A stretch of DNA of 63,950 bases, counting the filler, from an uncultured Acidimicrobiia bacterium (GTDB lineage: Bacteria; Actinomycetota; Acidimicrobiia; Spongiisociales; JAOTWH01): NCBI GenBank assembly GCA_964347285.1. It is 5 parts of 5 records of this genome, joined end to end, with 100 filler letters (N's around TTAATTAATTAA, not from the genome) between each part and the next. Parts side by side here need not be neighbours in the genome. Positions count along the whole stretch, not along the records: positions 27,983 to 41,716 come from CAYFYE010000067.1; 4 more parts are not named here. One strand, 5' to 3'. Every line of letters begins with the position of its first letter. Position 1 is the stretch's first letter. Positions 30,339 to 40,911 of the stretch are shown here, in pieces. The notes below the pieces were generated by a model, which saw only the letters and a list, made by a program, of their open reading frames with translations, did not search any database and was not told where the DNA came from. The translations under genes were made by a program, and so were the position numbers.

Positions 30339-30914
30339 TCACCCCTCAGAAAGCTCCTCCCACCGGAAACACGTCACCAGATGGTCGTTGACCATCCCCA
30401 CCGCCTGCATGAAGGCGTAGATGATCGTGGGGCCGACGAAGGTGAAGCCGCGCCGTTTCAGGTCCTTGCTGACGGCCTGGGAACGAGGCGTCTGGGCCGG
30501 GATCTCGGAGAGGTGACGTCGGCGATTCAGGATGGGCCGCCCGTCGACGAAACCCCACAGGTAGGCGTCCAGAGAGCCGAACTCCTCCTGCACCTCGAGC
30601 ACCGCCCGGGCGTTGCCGACGGCCGAAGCGATCTTGGCCCGATTGCGCACGATCGAGGCATCGCCGACCAGCTTCTCCACCCGGCCGGGCGTGAAGGCGG
30701 CCACCCGGGCCGGATCGAAGCCGGCGAATGCCCGCCGGTAACCGGTCCGCTTGCCGAGGATCGTCGACCAGCTCAGGCCGGCCTGGGCCCCCTCGAGCAC
30801 CAGAAACTCGAACAGGCCGACGTCGTCGTGGAGCGGGCTCCCCCACTCTTCGTCGTGATAGGCGACCGTCAGCGGATCGGTGCCGGCCCACGAGCAACGG
30901 CGCCGGCCGGTCAT
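30339..30914 (-). CDS. tag: DNA-3-methyladenine glycosylase I
   Basis: RCSWA, YHDEEWG, LEGAQAGLSW, VRNRAKI, FVGPT, GMVNDH...C. Confidence 0.95.
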   Translation of the reverse strand: MTGRRRCSWAGTDPLTVAYHDEEWGSPLHDDVGLFEFLVLEGAQAGLSWSTILGKRTGYRRAFAGFDPARVAAFTPGRVEKLVGDASIVRNRAKIASAVGNARAVLEVQEEFGSLDAYLWGFVDGRPILNRRRHLSEIPAQTPRSQAVSKDLKRRGFTFVGPTIIYAFMQAVGMVNDHLVTCFRWEELSEG

Positions 30915-31082
30915 GGAACCGGGCGAGCCGGGAATTCGTTCATGACAAGACCGTACTCGGCAGGCGGGCCCTTCCCCGTCACCATCGACTCTCGGAGTAC
31001 GCCCCGACAACAGCATCGCCGGAAGAACACGACCGCTGCCTTCTCAGGATTCGTTAAGACTGGAGTCCATACAATGCACGTA

Positions 31083-32747
31083 ATGAGCGAACACCCTCAG
31101 CGGCCCGACGACGCCCCCGAGGCCGAAGAGCGCCCCGAGCCCGCCGAAGAGCGGCCGGCCGCCGACACCACCGGGCCGCCGGCCGACCCCTGGGTTACGG
31201 GTTCTCCCGAGGAATCGGTCACCGAGAAGCCCGAGATCCCGCCGGCCCCGGAGCCGTCGGCCACATCTCCATCCCCGGAGGCCACGGTGACCCCGGAGAC
31301 CTCCCCCGCCGATGACGCCCCCGCCGATGCCCTCGGCAGCGCCCCAAGCTCCGATGAGCCGCCGACCTGGCAGCCACCGCTGCCGCCGGCGCCGGCCCCC
31401 GGAGAGGGGATTTCTGCGACGCCCACACCGGCTCCGGGCGAGGACCCGCTGATCCCACCGAGCCCGCTCGGGCCGCAGACTGGATCGGACGTGTTCCGGG
31501 CCTGGGACGAGCCCGCCGAGGGCGGCCTCCAACCGCCCACGTACTCCAGGGGTCCGGGCCACGTCGACCCCTACGGAAGCCGGCCGCCCCGCAACCTCAC
31601 CCGTCCCCTGCCCGCCGACCAGCCCCGCGCCGAACAGCCGCGCCGTCCCCGGCGGTGGGTGATGCTGGGCGTGGCCCTGCTGTCCGGAATCGTCGGAGCG
31701 GGCCTCGCCCTGGGCGGTTTCCTGCTCCTCCAGGAGGACGAGCAACCTGCGCCGCCCCAGCAGATCACCATCCGGGAGCAGGTCCGTACCCAGTTCATCG
31801 GTCCCGAGGAGGCCACCGCCGACCCCACCGCTGTGGCGCAGCGGGTCATCCCCTCGATCGTCAGCGTGCAGGTGGGCCTGAGCGCCGACGAGGGCGCATT
31901 CCAGGTCGCCGGGTCGGGGTCGGGCGTCGTCCTCTCCGACGATGGGTACATCGTCACCAACGACCACGTGGTCGCCGATGCCGACCGGGTCCAGGTCACC
32001 TTCTCCGACGGCCGGATCTACGACGCCGACGTGCTCGGCACCGACCCTCTCACCGACCTGGCCGTACTGAAGATCAGCGCCACCGGGCTCATCCCGATCG
32101 AGATCGGATCGACCGCCGACTTGAAAATCGGCGATGTGGCCATCGCCGCCGGCAGCCCGCTCGGCCTCGAGGGAGGACCGACGGTGACGGTCGGAGTCAT
32201 CTCGGCCTTCGGTCGCCAGGTGCAGACCGGGCCCGGCCTCGGCGACCAGCTCTTCGGCATGATCCAGACCGACGCCCCCATCACTCGCGGCTCGAGTGGA
32301 GGGGGCCTGGTCGACGGCCAGGGCCGGCTCATCGGAATCACGACCGCCGTCGGGGTCAGCGATGTCGGAGTGGAGGGCATCGGCTTTGCCATCCCCGTGG
32401 AGCTGGTGCAGCGGATCACCGACGAGCTGATCGAGGGGGGCGCGGTCACCCATGCCTTCCTGGGCATCGAAGGACGCACCGAGTTCGAAGACCAGCTCGA
32501 CGGATCCGAACTGCCCCGGGGCGTGTTCGTGCAGTCGGTGGTCGAGGAGACGGGCGCAGCCGGCGCCGGACTGGTCGACGGAGACATCATCACCGAGTTC
32601 GACGGCGAGAAGGTGAGCACGATGGACGAGCTCATTGTCAAGCTGCGCAGGTACCGGGTCGGCGACACCATCGAGTTGACCGTCGAGCGCGACGGGGTCG
32701 AGCAACTCCTGACGATCGAGCTCGGCCCCCGACCCGACGAGACGTGA
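31083..32747 (+). CDS. Membrane-anchored HtrA/DegP-like serine protease with PDZ
   Basis: Pro-rich N-terminus, one TM, VTNDHV, DLAV, QTDAPITRGSSGG, C-terminal PDZ; TACAAT 7 nt before ATG. Confidence 0.92.
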   Translation: MSEHPQRPDDAPEAEERPEPAEERPAADTTGPPADPWVTGSPEESVTEKPEIPPAPEPSATSPSPEATVTPETSPADDAPADALGSAPSSDEPPTWQPPLPPAPAPGEGISATPTPAPGEDPLIPPSPLGPQTGSDVFRAWDEPAEGGLQPPTYSRGPGHVDPYGSRPPRNLTRPLPADQPRAEQPRRPRRWVMLGVALLSGIVGAGLALGGFLLLQEDEQPAPPQQITIREQVRTQFIGPEEATADPTAVAQRVIPSIVSVQVGLSADEGAFQVAGSGSGVVLSDDGYIVTNDHVVADADRVQVTFSDGRIYDADVLGTDPLTDLAVLKISATGLIPIEIGSTADLKIGDVAIAAGSPLGLEGGPTVTVGVISAFGRQVQTGPGLGDQLFGMIQTDAPITRGSSGGGLVDGQGRLIGITTAVGVSDVGVEGIGFAIPVELVQRITDELIEGGAVTHAFLGIEGRTEFEDQLDGSELPRGVFVQSVVEETGAAGAGLVDGDIITEFDGEKVSTMDELIVKLRRYRVGDTIELTVERDGVEQLLTIELGPRPDET

Positions 32748-33856
32748 CCGACAACATCTTCGACCGGCTGTTGGAGCTGCTCCAGGCGCCCGGTCCGGTC
32801 AATTGGAAGATCGCCGCCGAGGTGGCGCACAGCCTGTCCGGCCCCCCCGGATCCATCGATCCGGCCATCGTCGACGAGTACCGGCAGCTGGTGCGCACCG
32901 CCGAGATGCACGTTGTCCAGGCATCGCCCCTGTCCCCGGCGCCGAGCGGCGAGGCGCAGGTGACCGATCGGCGCGGCTGGGCCGACGCCAACCTGCACAG
33001 CTTCGCCTACCTCGTAGAGCCGCTGGCCGACAAGCTGGCCGAGGCACCGGGCGGCGAAAGCGGACTCCAGGCCGTGCTCAAGCCGCTGGGCCCCGTCATC
33101 CTGGGCATGCAAATGGGCGCCATGGTCGGCTTCATGAGCCATCGAGTGCTCGGCGGCTTCGACGCCGGTCTGCCGGCGCTCGACGGCGGGACGGCCAGCC
33201 TGGTGGCCTCCAACATCGAGACGTTTGCCCGCGACCACGAGATCGAGATACGGCAGGCCCGGCTGTGGGCCGCCCTCCACGAGGTCGTCTTTCGGGCAAT
33301 ACTCGGTGTCGATTGGGTCCGCCCTCACTTCGTGGGGATCATCGAGGACTTCTTCGAGGGACTCGACCTCGATCCGGAAGCGATCGCCTCGCGACTGGAG
33401 GGCCTGGACGATCCCGAGGAGCTGGAGCGCCTGATGGCCGATCCGGCCGGAATGGCCTCACTCCTCACCGGGCCCCACCGGGAGGAGGCCCTGACGCCGG
33501 TGCGGGCCTTCATGGCGCTGATGGAGGGCTACGCCGACTACGTCATGGACCGCCTGGCCGCCGAGCTGATCCCCGAGGCGCCCCGTCTCAGGGAGGCCAT
33601 CAACCGTCGGCGGGCCGAGCCCTCCCAGGGCGAGAAGCTGCTTCAGCAGCTGGTGGGCCTGGAGCTGAAGCGCATGCAGTATCAGCTCGGTTCGGCGTTC
33701 TGTCGCGAGGTGAGGGAGCGTTGGGGGGAGGACGGGCTGGCCAAAGTGTGGGCCGGCCCGGACTACCTGCCCACCATGGCCGAGCTGGAGGACCCGATCA
33801 GCTGGGCGGCCCGGGTCCTCGTGGACCAGATCGGCACGGAGACCGGGGAGGCGTGA
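32744..33856 (+). CDS. DUF2342/zincin-like putative hydrolase
   Basis: GPVNW, ALHEV, MALMEGYADYVM, GLELK..QY..G..F, LPT.AELEDP..W; GTGA overlap with htrA. Confidence 0.8.
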   Translation: MTDNIFDRLLELLQAPGPVNWKIAAEVAHSLSGPPGSIDPAIVDEYRQLVRTAEMHVVQASPLSPAPSGEAQVTDRRGWADANLHSFAYLVEPLADKLAEAPGGESGLQAVLKPLGPVILGMQMGAMVGFMSHRVLGGFDAGLPALDGGTASLVASNIETFARDHEIEIRQARLWAALHEVVFRAILGVDWVRPHFVGIIEDFFEGLDLDPEAIASRLEGLDDPEELERLMADPAGMASLLTGPHREEALTPVRAFMALMEGYADYVMDRLAAELIPEAPRLREAINRRRAEPSQGEKLLQQLVGLELKRMQYQLGSAFCREVRERWGEDGLAKVWAGPDYLPTMAELEDPISWAARVLVDQIGTETGEA

Positions 33857-33883
33857 TCCGGACTCGGTGATCGGGCCCGGTCT

Positions 33884-34564
33884 TCAGGCCAACTGGTTCC
33901 TGTCGTTCTTGGCCTCGTCGTAGTAGTCGAGTCGGTCGACCGGCATCACCAACGACGTCATCATGTTCATGAGGTGGGCGGTGATGCGCTTGAGGTAGCG
34001 GTAGTAGAGGGCGCGAGCCACCGCCTCCGCCGGGGGCCCCTCGAAGGAGAACGTGGCCTTGACGTGAGCGTCATACTCGTCGAGGAAGCCGTCCGCCTTG
34101 TCGATCAGCTTCTGGGCGGCCCCCGCATCCCGGGCGGCGAACACGTCGGCGGCGTCCTGGATGAGCTGGGAGACCGCATCCCGATAGTGGGTCAGATCCG
34201 GAAGATCGGGAGCCCCCCGGAAGTCGGCCCCATACTTGGCCAGGTCGTAGATGTTCTTGGCGTAGTCGCCCACCCGCTCGGCGTCCTTGACGATGCTCAT
34301 GTAGCGCAGCACCGTCGGCATATCCATTGCACCATGCACCGAGGCATGAATCATCAGCGCTCGACGGACCTCTTGCTCGGCGCGGTTGATGCCTCGATCG
34401 GTGCCCTTGATCTCCTTCTTGATGGCCTTCGGCTCCTGGCCTTCGAAGACCGTTGTCATCGCCGTTTCGAAGACGGACCGTCCGTCGACGAGCATGCCGG
34501 TGAGCGTGGTCTCGATCTCCTCGAGCGTCGATTCGCCGGTACCACGGAAGAAATCCATCACCAT
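33884..34564 (-). CDS. PhoU-domain protein
   Basis: D..IN..E..VRR, KDAERVGDYAKNI, YLKRITAHL. Confidence 0.85.
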   Translation of the reverse strand: MVMDFFRGTGESTLEEIETTLTGMLVDGRSVFETAMTTVFEGQEPKAIKKEIKGTDRGINRAEQEVRRALMIHASVHGAMDMPTVLRYMSIVKDAERVGDYAKNIYDLAKYGADFRGAPDLPDLTHYRDAVSQLIQDAADVFAARDAGAAQKLIDKADGFLDEYDAHVKATFSFEGPPAEAVARALYYRYLKRITAHLMNMMTSLVMPVDRLDYYDEAKNDRNQLA

Positions 34565-34574
34565 TGCACAGCTC

Positions 34575-35729
34575 CTATCTCAACAGAACGATACCGATCA
34601 GGGGCGCCGTGACGAACAAGGCCAGCACGTATGCCACGGCCAGGATGGGGCGGGTGACGGCAACGTCCGCCAGGCGCGTTGCCATCTGCACCGGAAGGCG
34701 CCGCAGTGGCGGCCACGGATAGAAGATCAGGATCGCCACGACGTTGAAAAGGGTGTGGGTGATGGCGATCGTCAAGCCGTCCACGGTGCCGGTTCCCAGG
34801 GCGGCCAACAGCGCGGTGATCGTCGTCCCGACGTTGGCGCCGAGCGTGATCGGATAGGCGTTGTAGAGGCTGAGCACTCCCGAGGCCACCAGCGGGATGA
34901 GGATCGAGGTGGTGATGCTCGAGGACTGGACGCTGATGGTCACCACCATGCCGACGATCATGCCGATGAGGCCGCTCTTGGCCAGGGCGGCGTTCAGGGA
35001 ACGCTCGATCCGCTGGGCCACCAGCAATCTCATGTTCTTAGTGATGAAGGCGAGGGTGAAGAAGATCAGGCCGATTCCGATCACGATGGCCACGACCGCG
35101 GCGGCCACCTCCGCCGAGATGACGCCGCCCACCCCGTCGTCGATGAGGTCGGCAAGCCGGCTCACCGCCTCCTTGATGGGACTGTCGAAGCTTCTCCCCA
35201 GCTCCGCTCCACCGACGAAAAGCTCGGTGAGGGTCTCGGCCCCGTTGGAGAGGAATCCGGTGACCACCTCGAGCGGCAACAGGACGGCGACGGCCAGCAG
35301 GTTGAAGAAGTCGTGCATCGTGGCAGCGGAGAAGGCATGCCGGAACTCGTCGGTACGCCGCACGTGGGCGAGGGCCACGATCGTGTTGGTCACGGTGGTG
35401 CCGACGTTGGCCCCCATCACCATCGGCACCGCCGCCTCGACACTCAGCACACCGGACGCCACCAGCCCCACGATCGTCGAAGTGCTCACCGACGAGGATT
35501 GGACGAGGACGGTGGCCAGGATCCCGACGGACAGGCCCGCCACCGGGTTGGCCACCCCCTCGAAGAGGGTCTCGTGGATGTCGCTACCCAGGGCCTTGAT
35601 GCCCCCCTCGAGCAGCTTGACCCCGACGAGGAACAGGTAAAGCAGGCCCAGCACCAGCACCACCCGGACCGGATTGGGCATCACCCGAGTCGTCGGCGCG
35701 GCCACCAGGTCGTCGTCGCTGAGGGTCAT
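34575..35729 (-). CDS. Na+/Pi cotransporter (NptA family)
   Basis: Twin QSSS motifs each followed by GANVGTT; ATMHDFFN. Confidence 0.92.
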   Translation of the reverse strand: MTLSDDDLVAAPTTRVMPNPVRVVLVLGLLYLFLVGVKLLEGGIKALGSDIHETLFEGVANPVAGLSVGILATVLVQSSSVSTSTIVGLVASGVLSVEAAVPMVMGANVGTTVTNTIVALAHVRRTDEFRHAFSAATMHDFFNLLAVAVLLPLEVVTGFLSNGAETLTELFVGGAELGRSFDSPIKEAVSRLADLIDDGVGGVISAEVAAAVVAIVIGIGLIFFTLAFITKNMRLLVAQRIERSLNAALAKSGLIGMIVGMVVTISVQSSSITTSILIPLVASGVLSLYNAYPITLGANVGTTITALLAALGTGTVDGLTIAITHTLFNVVAILIFYPWPPLRRLPVQMATRLADVAVTRPILAVAYVLALFVTAPLIGIVLLR

Positions 35730-35889
35730 CTGGCCCGGCTCACCACGGTGGGTAGTTTGGCAGACTTCGGAGCGCGTTGAAACAAGCCCTCCGGTGGAGT
35801 CGATCCGAGCTTGCGCCCTCGGTTCTCGTGCCGGCGCTCGACCGGCCGGAATCGATCATCGACGACCAACGGCCCGTCATGGTCGTCGG

Positions 35890-36576
35890 CTAGCCAGCGT
35901 CCGCTCCCCCTTCGAGCCGATACCCCACCCCGCGCACCGTCTCGATGTCCGGCGCCTCATCGGCCGCTTCCAAGCGTCGCCGCAGCCGCCGAATGTGCTG
36001 ATCGAGCGTCTTGGTGTCCCGCTCCCATCCCAGGCCCCACACCTCCTCGAGCAGCGCCTCCCGAGTGACCACCCGGCCGGACCGCTCCATCAACGCCTGG
36101 AGCAACGCGAATTCTTTTCGGGGCAAGTCGACGGCCTCGTCGCCGAGGCGCAGCTGGTGCCGGCCCAGATCGAGCGTCACACCGCCGAAAGTCAGCAGCT
36201 CCGGCTCTTCTGCGGGAGCAATGCGGCGCACCGCGGCCCGGATGCGGGCCACCAGCTCGCGCACCGAGTACGGCTTGGTCAGGTAGTCGTCGGCCCCCAA
36301 CTCGAGAGCGGTGACGATGTCGGCCTCGGTGTCCTTGGCGCTCGTCACGATGACCGGAGTCGGGCCCTCGTCGCGGATCTTGCGCAGCACATCGAGCCCG
36401 GGCATGCCGGGCAGCATCAGGTCGAGCAGCACCACGTCGGGAGTCGATTCCCGAAGAAGCCGCAGCCCACTGCGGCCGTCCCCGGCCGAGGCCACTGCGA
36501 ATCCCTCCCGATCGAGAGCGGCTTCCAGCGCCTCCACGTAGGACGGCTCGTCCTCGATGACCAGGACCGAAGGCAT
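35890..36576 (-). CDS. regX3: OmpR-family response regulator (RegX3/PhoB-like)
   Basis: IEDE, LLDLMLPG, GADDYLTKPYS, KTLDQHIRRLR, ETVRGVGY. Confidence 0.85.
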   Translation of the reverse strand: MPSVLVIEDEPSYVEALEAALDREGFAVASAGDGRSGLRLLRESTPDVVLLDLMLPGMPGLDVLRKIRDEGPTPVIVTSAKDTEADIVTALELGADDYLTKPYSVRELVARIRAAVRRIAPAEEPELLTFGGVTLDLGRHQLRLGDEAVDLPRKEFALLQALMERSGRVVTREALLEEVWGLGWERDTKTLDQHIRRLRRRLEAADEAPDIETVRGVGYRLEGGADAG

Positions 36577-36578
36577 CG

Positions 36579-37796
36579 CTAGCTGCGGTAGGGCGGAAGG
36601 CGGAAGGTGAACACGCTTCCCTTGCCTTCCTCGGAGGACGCCGAAACCTCGCCGCCGTGGTTGAGCGCCACGTGGCGGACGATGGCTAAGCCCAGCCCGG
36701 TGCCGCCGGTCTGGCGGCTGCGGGCCCGATCGACGCGATAGAAGCGCTCGAAGATCCGGTCGAGGTGGGACTCGGGGATCCCCACGCCCTGGTCGCGCAC
36801 CTCGACGGCCACCCATGCATCGTCCACGGTGACTTTCAGCTTGACCTTGCCGAAGGGCTCGTCCTCTTTCACGGAGGTGTACTTCACCGCATTGTCGAGG
36901 AGGTTGGCCAGCGCGGTGACGAGCTGGCGGCGGTCGCCGGCCACGTAGGCTTCGTCGGGGACCGGCTCCACCAGCACGGCCACCCCGAGTTCGTCGGCGG
37001 CCAGCTGAACCTGGGCCTTGGCCTCGGCCACCACCTCGGCGACCGGGAAGGGCTCGGGGGCGGCGGCAAACGACTCCACCTGGGCCAGGTCCAGGATGTC
37101 GTCGATCAGATTGGTGATGCGGGAGGACTCATCGGCCAGGCGATCCGACAGCCTGCTCCGCACCAGCGGGTCGTCGGACTCGGCGATCGTCTCGGCCAGG
37201 ACCGACAGTGCCCCCAGCGGCGTCTTCAACTCGTGCCCGACGTTGGCGATGAAGTCTCGGCGAATCGCGTCGACCCGGCGCTGGTCGGTGACATCCTCGA
37301 TGAAGACCGCAGCTCCGACGCTCTCGACGCCGTGCTCCAGAGGCGCCGCCACCAGGCGCAGTACTCGCCGCACCGGGGTGTACAGATCCATCTCCTCTGC
37401 TTCGGCCCGGCGAGTCACGATTGCTCGTTCCAGTAGTTCTCTGAGCCTCACCTCGGCGACCGCCTCCCCCTGGCGGGCACCGATGAACCTCGCCGCGGCC
37501 GGATTGACGAAGCCGACCGTGCCCGAGTCGTCGGTCGCCATCACCCCGAACTCCGCCGATTCCAGCGAGCCGACCAGCTGGGCCCGCTCCCGCTCGGCCC
37601 GGGACAGGTAACGCTCCATCCGGTCGACGGCGGCGTCGAGGGCGCCGGGACGCGTCATCCCCTTGGCCCGCTCGAAGCCGATCCGCTCGAGGGCGTGATC
37701 GATCGACGCCACGGCGCGACGGTGGCGCCTCCACAGTGCAAAGAGGCCCAACGCCAGGACTCCGGCCACAGCGGCCAGGGCTACGGCAGCGGTCAC
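36579..37796 (-). CDS. senX3: Sensor histidine kinase (SenX3/PhoR-like)
   Basis: RRDFIANVGHELKTP, NLLDNAVKY, DQGVGI, FERFYRVD, GGTGLGL; TATTCT 6 nt before GTG. Confidence 0.85.
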   Translation of the reverse strand: MTAAVALAAVAGVLALGLFALWRRHRRAVASIDHALERIGFERAKGMTRPGALDAAVDRMERYLSRAERERAQLVGSLESAEFGVMATDDSGTVGFVNPAAARFIGARQGEAVAEVRLRELLERAIVTRRAEAEEMDLYTPVRRVLRLVAAPLEHGVESVGAAVFIEDVTDQRRVDAIRRDFIANVGHELKTPLGALSVLAETIAESDDPLVRSRLSDRLADESSRITNLIDDILDLAQVESFAAAPEPFPVAEVVAEAKAQVQLAADELGVAVLVEPVPDEAYVAGDRRQLVTALANLLDNAVKYTSVKEDEPFGKVKLKVTVDDAWVAVEVRDQGVGIPESHLDRIFERFYRVDRARSRQTGGTGLGLAIVRHVALNHGGEVSASSEEGKGSVFTFRLPPYRS

Positions 37797-37849
37797 GGGC
37801 GCAGAATAGGCGGACCTCCCCGATTTCCCGGTCAACCCGTTCGCAAAGA

Positions 37850-37893
37850 GTTCACCTGGGCGTCACCCGGCGGTACCGCTGCCTTCACTCACT
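37850..37893 (+). promoter_or_regulatory. Putative PHO box (11-nt direct repeats)
   Basis: GTTCACCTGGG / CGTCACCCGGC / GGTACCGCTGC / CTTCACTCACT in 11-nt register between senX3 and pstS. Confidence 0.7.
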
Positions 37894-37969
37894 CTCCGTA
37901 ACGTGGCGGCACGCCCACCGGCCTCCCGACGAGACCGGCGGGCATTGCCCACGAACGGGAAGGAGCGAA

Positions 37970-38974
37970 TTGAGAAGGGGAAGGCGTCTCGTCGGACCGC
38001 TCTTTGCGCTGGCCCTGATCGTCGCCGCGTGTGGTGACACGACCGAAGGAGGCGGCACTGGGGGCTCCGTCAACATCTCCGGGTCGTCGACGGTGGAGCC
38101 CATCTCGTCGGGAGTAGCCGAGATGTTCTCTGCGGCCAACCCGGGGACGGCCATCAAGGTGGAGGGCCCCGGGACGGGTGACGGATTCGCCCTGTTCTGC
38201 GCCGGGGAGACCGACATCTCCAACGCCTCGCGGCCCATCAAGGACGAAGAGGTGGAGCAGTGCACCGCCAACGGCATCGAATACATCGAGCTCACCGTGG
38301 CCATCGACGGCCTCTCGGTGCTGACCAGCAACAACAACGACGCCTTCGACTGCCTCGGCACGGCCGATCTCTATGCACTGCTGGGCGACGAGTCCATCGG
38401 CTTCAACAGCTGGGCCGACGCCAACGACCTGGCCGCCGAGCTCGGCGCCCCCAACGCCCCCTATCCGGACGCCGATCTCACCGTCACCGCCCCCGGCGAG
38501 GAGTCGGGCACCTTCGACACCTTCGTCGAGTTCCTCATCGAAGGGGTGGCCGGCGGCGTGGACTACGCCGAGACCCGCGGCGCACAATCGGTGCGGCCCG
38601 ACTACGTGGCCTCGGCCAACGACAACACGATCATCGAGGGCATCTCCGGCTCGGACACCTCCCTGGGTTGGGTGGGCTATGCGTTCTATCTGGCCAACCA
38701 GGAACAGGTGAAGGCGCTGGCCGTGGACGCCGCCAACGACGGCACCTGTGTGGCACCGAGTGCCGAGACCATCGCCGACGGCTCGTATCCGTTCTCCCGG
38801 CCGTTGTTCATCTACGTCAACGCCGAGGCGGCGGATACCAAGCCCGAAGTGGCGGCCTACGTCGACCTGTACCTCTCGGAGGACGGCCTCACCGCCGTCG
38901 ACGACACCGGCTACGTGCGACTGGCCGACTACGGCGATACCCGGGCCAAGTGGGAGGCTCGCCAGACCGGCTGA
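37970..38974 (+). CDS. pstS: Phosphate ABC transporter substrate-binding lipoprotein
   Basis: Lipobox IVAAC, SGSSTV, GTGDGF, ASRPIK, ESGT, YPFSRPLFIY; TTG behind GGAAGGAG. Confidence 0.93.
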   Translation: MRRGRRLVGPLFALALIVAACGDTTEGGGTGGSVNISGSSTVEPISSGVAEMFSAANPGTAIKVEGPGTGDGFALFCAGETDISNASRPIKDEEVEQCTANGIEYIELTVAIDGLSVLTSNNNDAFDCLGTADLYALLGDESIGFNSWADANDLAAELGAPNAPYPDADLTVTAPGEESGTFDTFVEFLIEGVAGGVDYAETRGAQSVRPDYVASANDNTIIEGISGSDTSLGWVGYAFYLANQEQVKALAVDAANDGTCVAPSAETIADGSYPFSRPLFIYVNAEAADTKPEVAAYVDLYLSEDGLTAVDDTGYVRLADYGDTRAKWEARQTG

Positions 38975-39027
38975 GGAGATAGCGCCGAGGAGCAACTGCC
39001 GCCCCGGCGGCAAAGGAGCGATAGGGA

Positions 39028-39954
39028 ATGGCCCAAACAGTGGCAGCGGAGGGGATCGACCTCTCCGGAGACCCCAGGCGGCAGCGCCGCGAGAAGCGGG
39101 TGCACGGCCTCTTCTGGGCCAGCGCCGCTTTCTCGGTCGTCATCAGCCTGGCCATCGTCCTGTCGCTGGTGGGCGAGGCGTGGAACTTCGTCAGCCAAGT
39201 AGAGCTCGGGTCGCTGTGGGAGATCGGATGGTTCCCCCGCCGCGACCTCTACGACATCGCCACGATCGTGGTCGCAACGCTTCTCATCGCCGGGGTGGCG
39301 ATGATCGTGGCCACCCCGCTCGGGTTGGGAGCCGCCGTGTACCTGTCCGAATTCGCCGGCCCGCGGACCCGCCGCGTTCTCAAGCCGATACTCGAGATCC
39401 TGGCCGGCATCCCGTCGGTGGTGCTCGGATTCTTCGCGCTGGTGTGGATCAGCCCCAACATCGTGCAGCGGTTCTTCGACTCGGGGGTCTTCAGCATGCT
39501 CGCCGCCGGCATCGGCGTCGGCATTCTCACCATTCCCCTGGTGGCGTCGGTCTCGGAAGATGCCATGCGGGCGGTGCCCCACGCCCTTCGGGAGGCCTCA
39601 TACGGGCTCGGAGCCCGCAAGGGCACGACCGTGCGCCGCATCGTGTTCCCGGCCGCCATATCCGGCATCGTGGCCTCCCTCATCCTCGGCGTGTCGCGTG
39701 CCATCGGCGAGACCATGGTGGTGTTCATGGCCGCCGGAGCAGTCGGCGGATCCCTGCGGGAGTTCAGCGTGTTCGAGCCGGGTCAGACCATGACCGCCGC
39801 CATGGCCAGCCTCGCCATCGGCACCGACCAGGTGGCCGGATCGGGGCTGGCCTTCCAGAGCCTGTTCTTCGTAGGCCTCTTGCTGTTCCTGATGACCCTG
39901 GCGCTGAACAGCATCTCCGAGCGGTTCGTGCGCCGGGTGAGGGAGAAGTACTGA
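39028..39954 (+). CDS. pstC: Phosphate ABC permease
   Basis: LEILAGIPSVVLG, EDAM.AVP..LREASYGLGA, SRAIGETM. Confidence 0.95.
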   Translation: MAQTVAAEGIDLSGDPRRQRREKRVHGLFWASAAFSVVISLAIVLSLVGEAWNFVSQVELGSLWEIGWFPRRDLYDIATIVVATLLIAGVAMIVATPLGLGAAVYLSEFAGPRTRRVLKPILEILAGIPSVVLGFFALVWISPNIVQRFFDSGVFSMLAAGIGVGILTIPLVASVSEDAMRAVPHALREASYGLGARKGTTVRRIVFPAAISGIVASLILGVSRAIGETMVVFMAAGAVGGSLREFSVFEPGQTMTAAMASLAIGTDQVAGSGLAFQSLFFVGLLLFLMTLALNSISERFVRRVREKY

Positions 39955-40907
39955 TGACGGTCGGCAGCGTCCGCACCGCCGACGTGGTCGCCCGGCGTAT
40001 CAGCGGTCGCCGGCTGGAGCTGGGCGAGATCGTCTTCCAGGCGGTCCTGCTGATCGCCCTGCTGGCCTCCCTGGGCATCCTGGTGGCGCTCCTCGCCGAC
40101 ATCATCGCCGGCGCCCTCCCGGTGTTCAGAGAGCGCGGGTTGGATTTCCTCAGCAGCGGACTGTCCCTGTCCGGAGATTCGGCCGGGGTGTTCACCGCGA
40201 TCATGGGCTCGCTCATCCTCACGGTGATCGTGGCGGTGGTGGCGTTTCCGCTCGGCATCGGCGCCGCCGTCTACCTCGAGGAGTACGCCTCCGACAACCG
40301 GTTCACCCGGATCATCCGCACCAACATCCGCAACCTGGCCGGCGTGCCGTCGATCGTGTACGGCCTGTTGGGCCTGGCGATCATCGTGCGGCTGGTGGAT
40401 TCCATCGGACTGGGCGGGCCGGGCACGACCAACGGGCGCAACCTGATTGCCGGCGGGTTGACCCTGGGCATCCTCGTCCTGCCCATCGTCATCATCACCG
40501 CGTCGGAGGCGCTGCGGGCCGTGCCCAACAGCATCCGGGAAGCCGGCTTCGGCGTCGGGGCCACCCGCTGGGAGATCGTCCGCAGCCATGTGCTGCCCTC
40601 GGCGGCGCCGGGCATCCTCACCGGCACCATCTTGAGCCTGGCCCGCGCCTTCGGGGAGACGGCCCCGCTGCTGCTGGTGGGCGTGGCCACCGGCTTCTTC
40701 ACCGCGGGGGCATCGGCCGGCGTGTTCGAACGTCTCACCGGCACCTATACGGCGCTGCCGGTGGTGGTGTTCTCGTGGAGCCGCCAACCCACCGAGGGCT
40801 TCCAGGAGCACCTGGCCCCGGCCGCCATCGTCGTGCTGCTGGTGGTGCTGTTCACCGCCAACGCCGCCGCCATCTTGTTGCGCAACAAATACGAGAGGAA
40901 GTGGTGA
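39954..40907 (+). CDS. pstA: Phosphate ABC permease
   Basis: [35 protein letters not shown] overlap with pstC. Confidence 0.95.
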   Translation: MTVGSVRTADVVARRISGRRLELGEIVFQAVLLIALLASLGILVALLADIIAGALPVFRERGLDFLSSGLSLSGDSAGVFTAIMGSLILTVIVAVVAFPLGIGAAVYLEEYASDNRFTRIIRTNIRNLAGVPSIVYGLLGLAIIVRLVDSIGLGGPGTTNGRNLIAGGLTLGILVLPIVIITASEALRAVPNSIREAGFGVGATRWEIVRSHVLPSAAPGILTGTILSLARAFGETAPLLLVGVATGFFTAGASAGVFERLTGTYTALPVVVFSWSRQPTEGFQEHLAPAAIVVLLVVLFTANAAAILLRNKYERKW

Positions 40908-40911
40908 CAGA

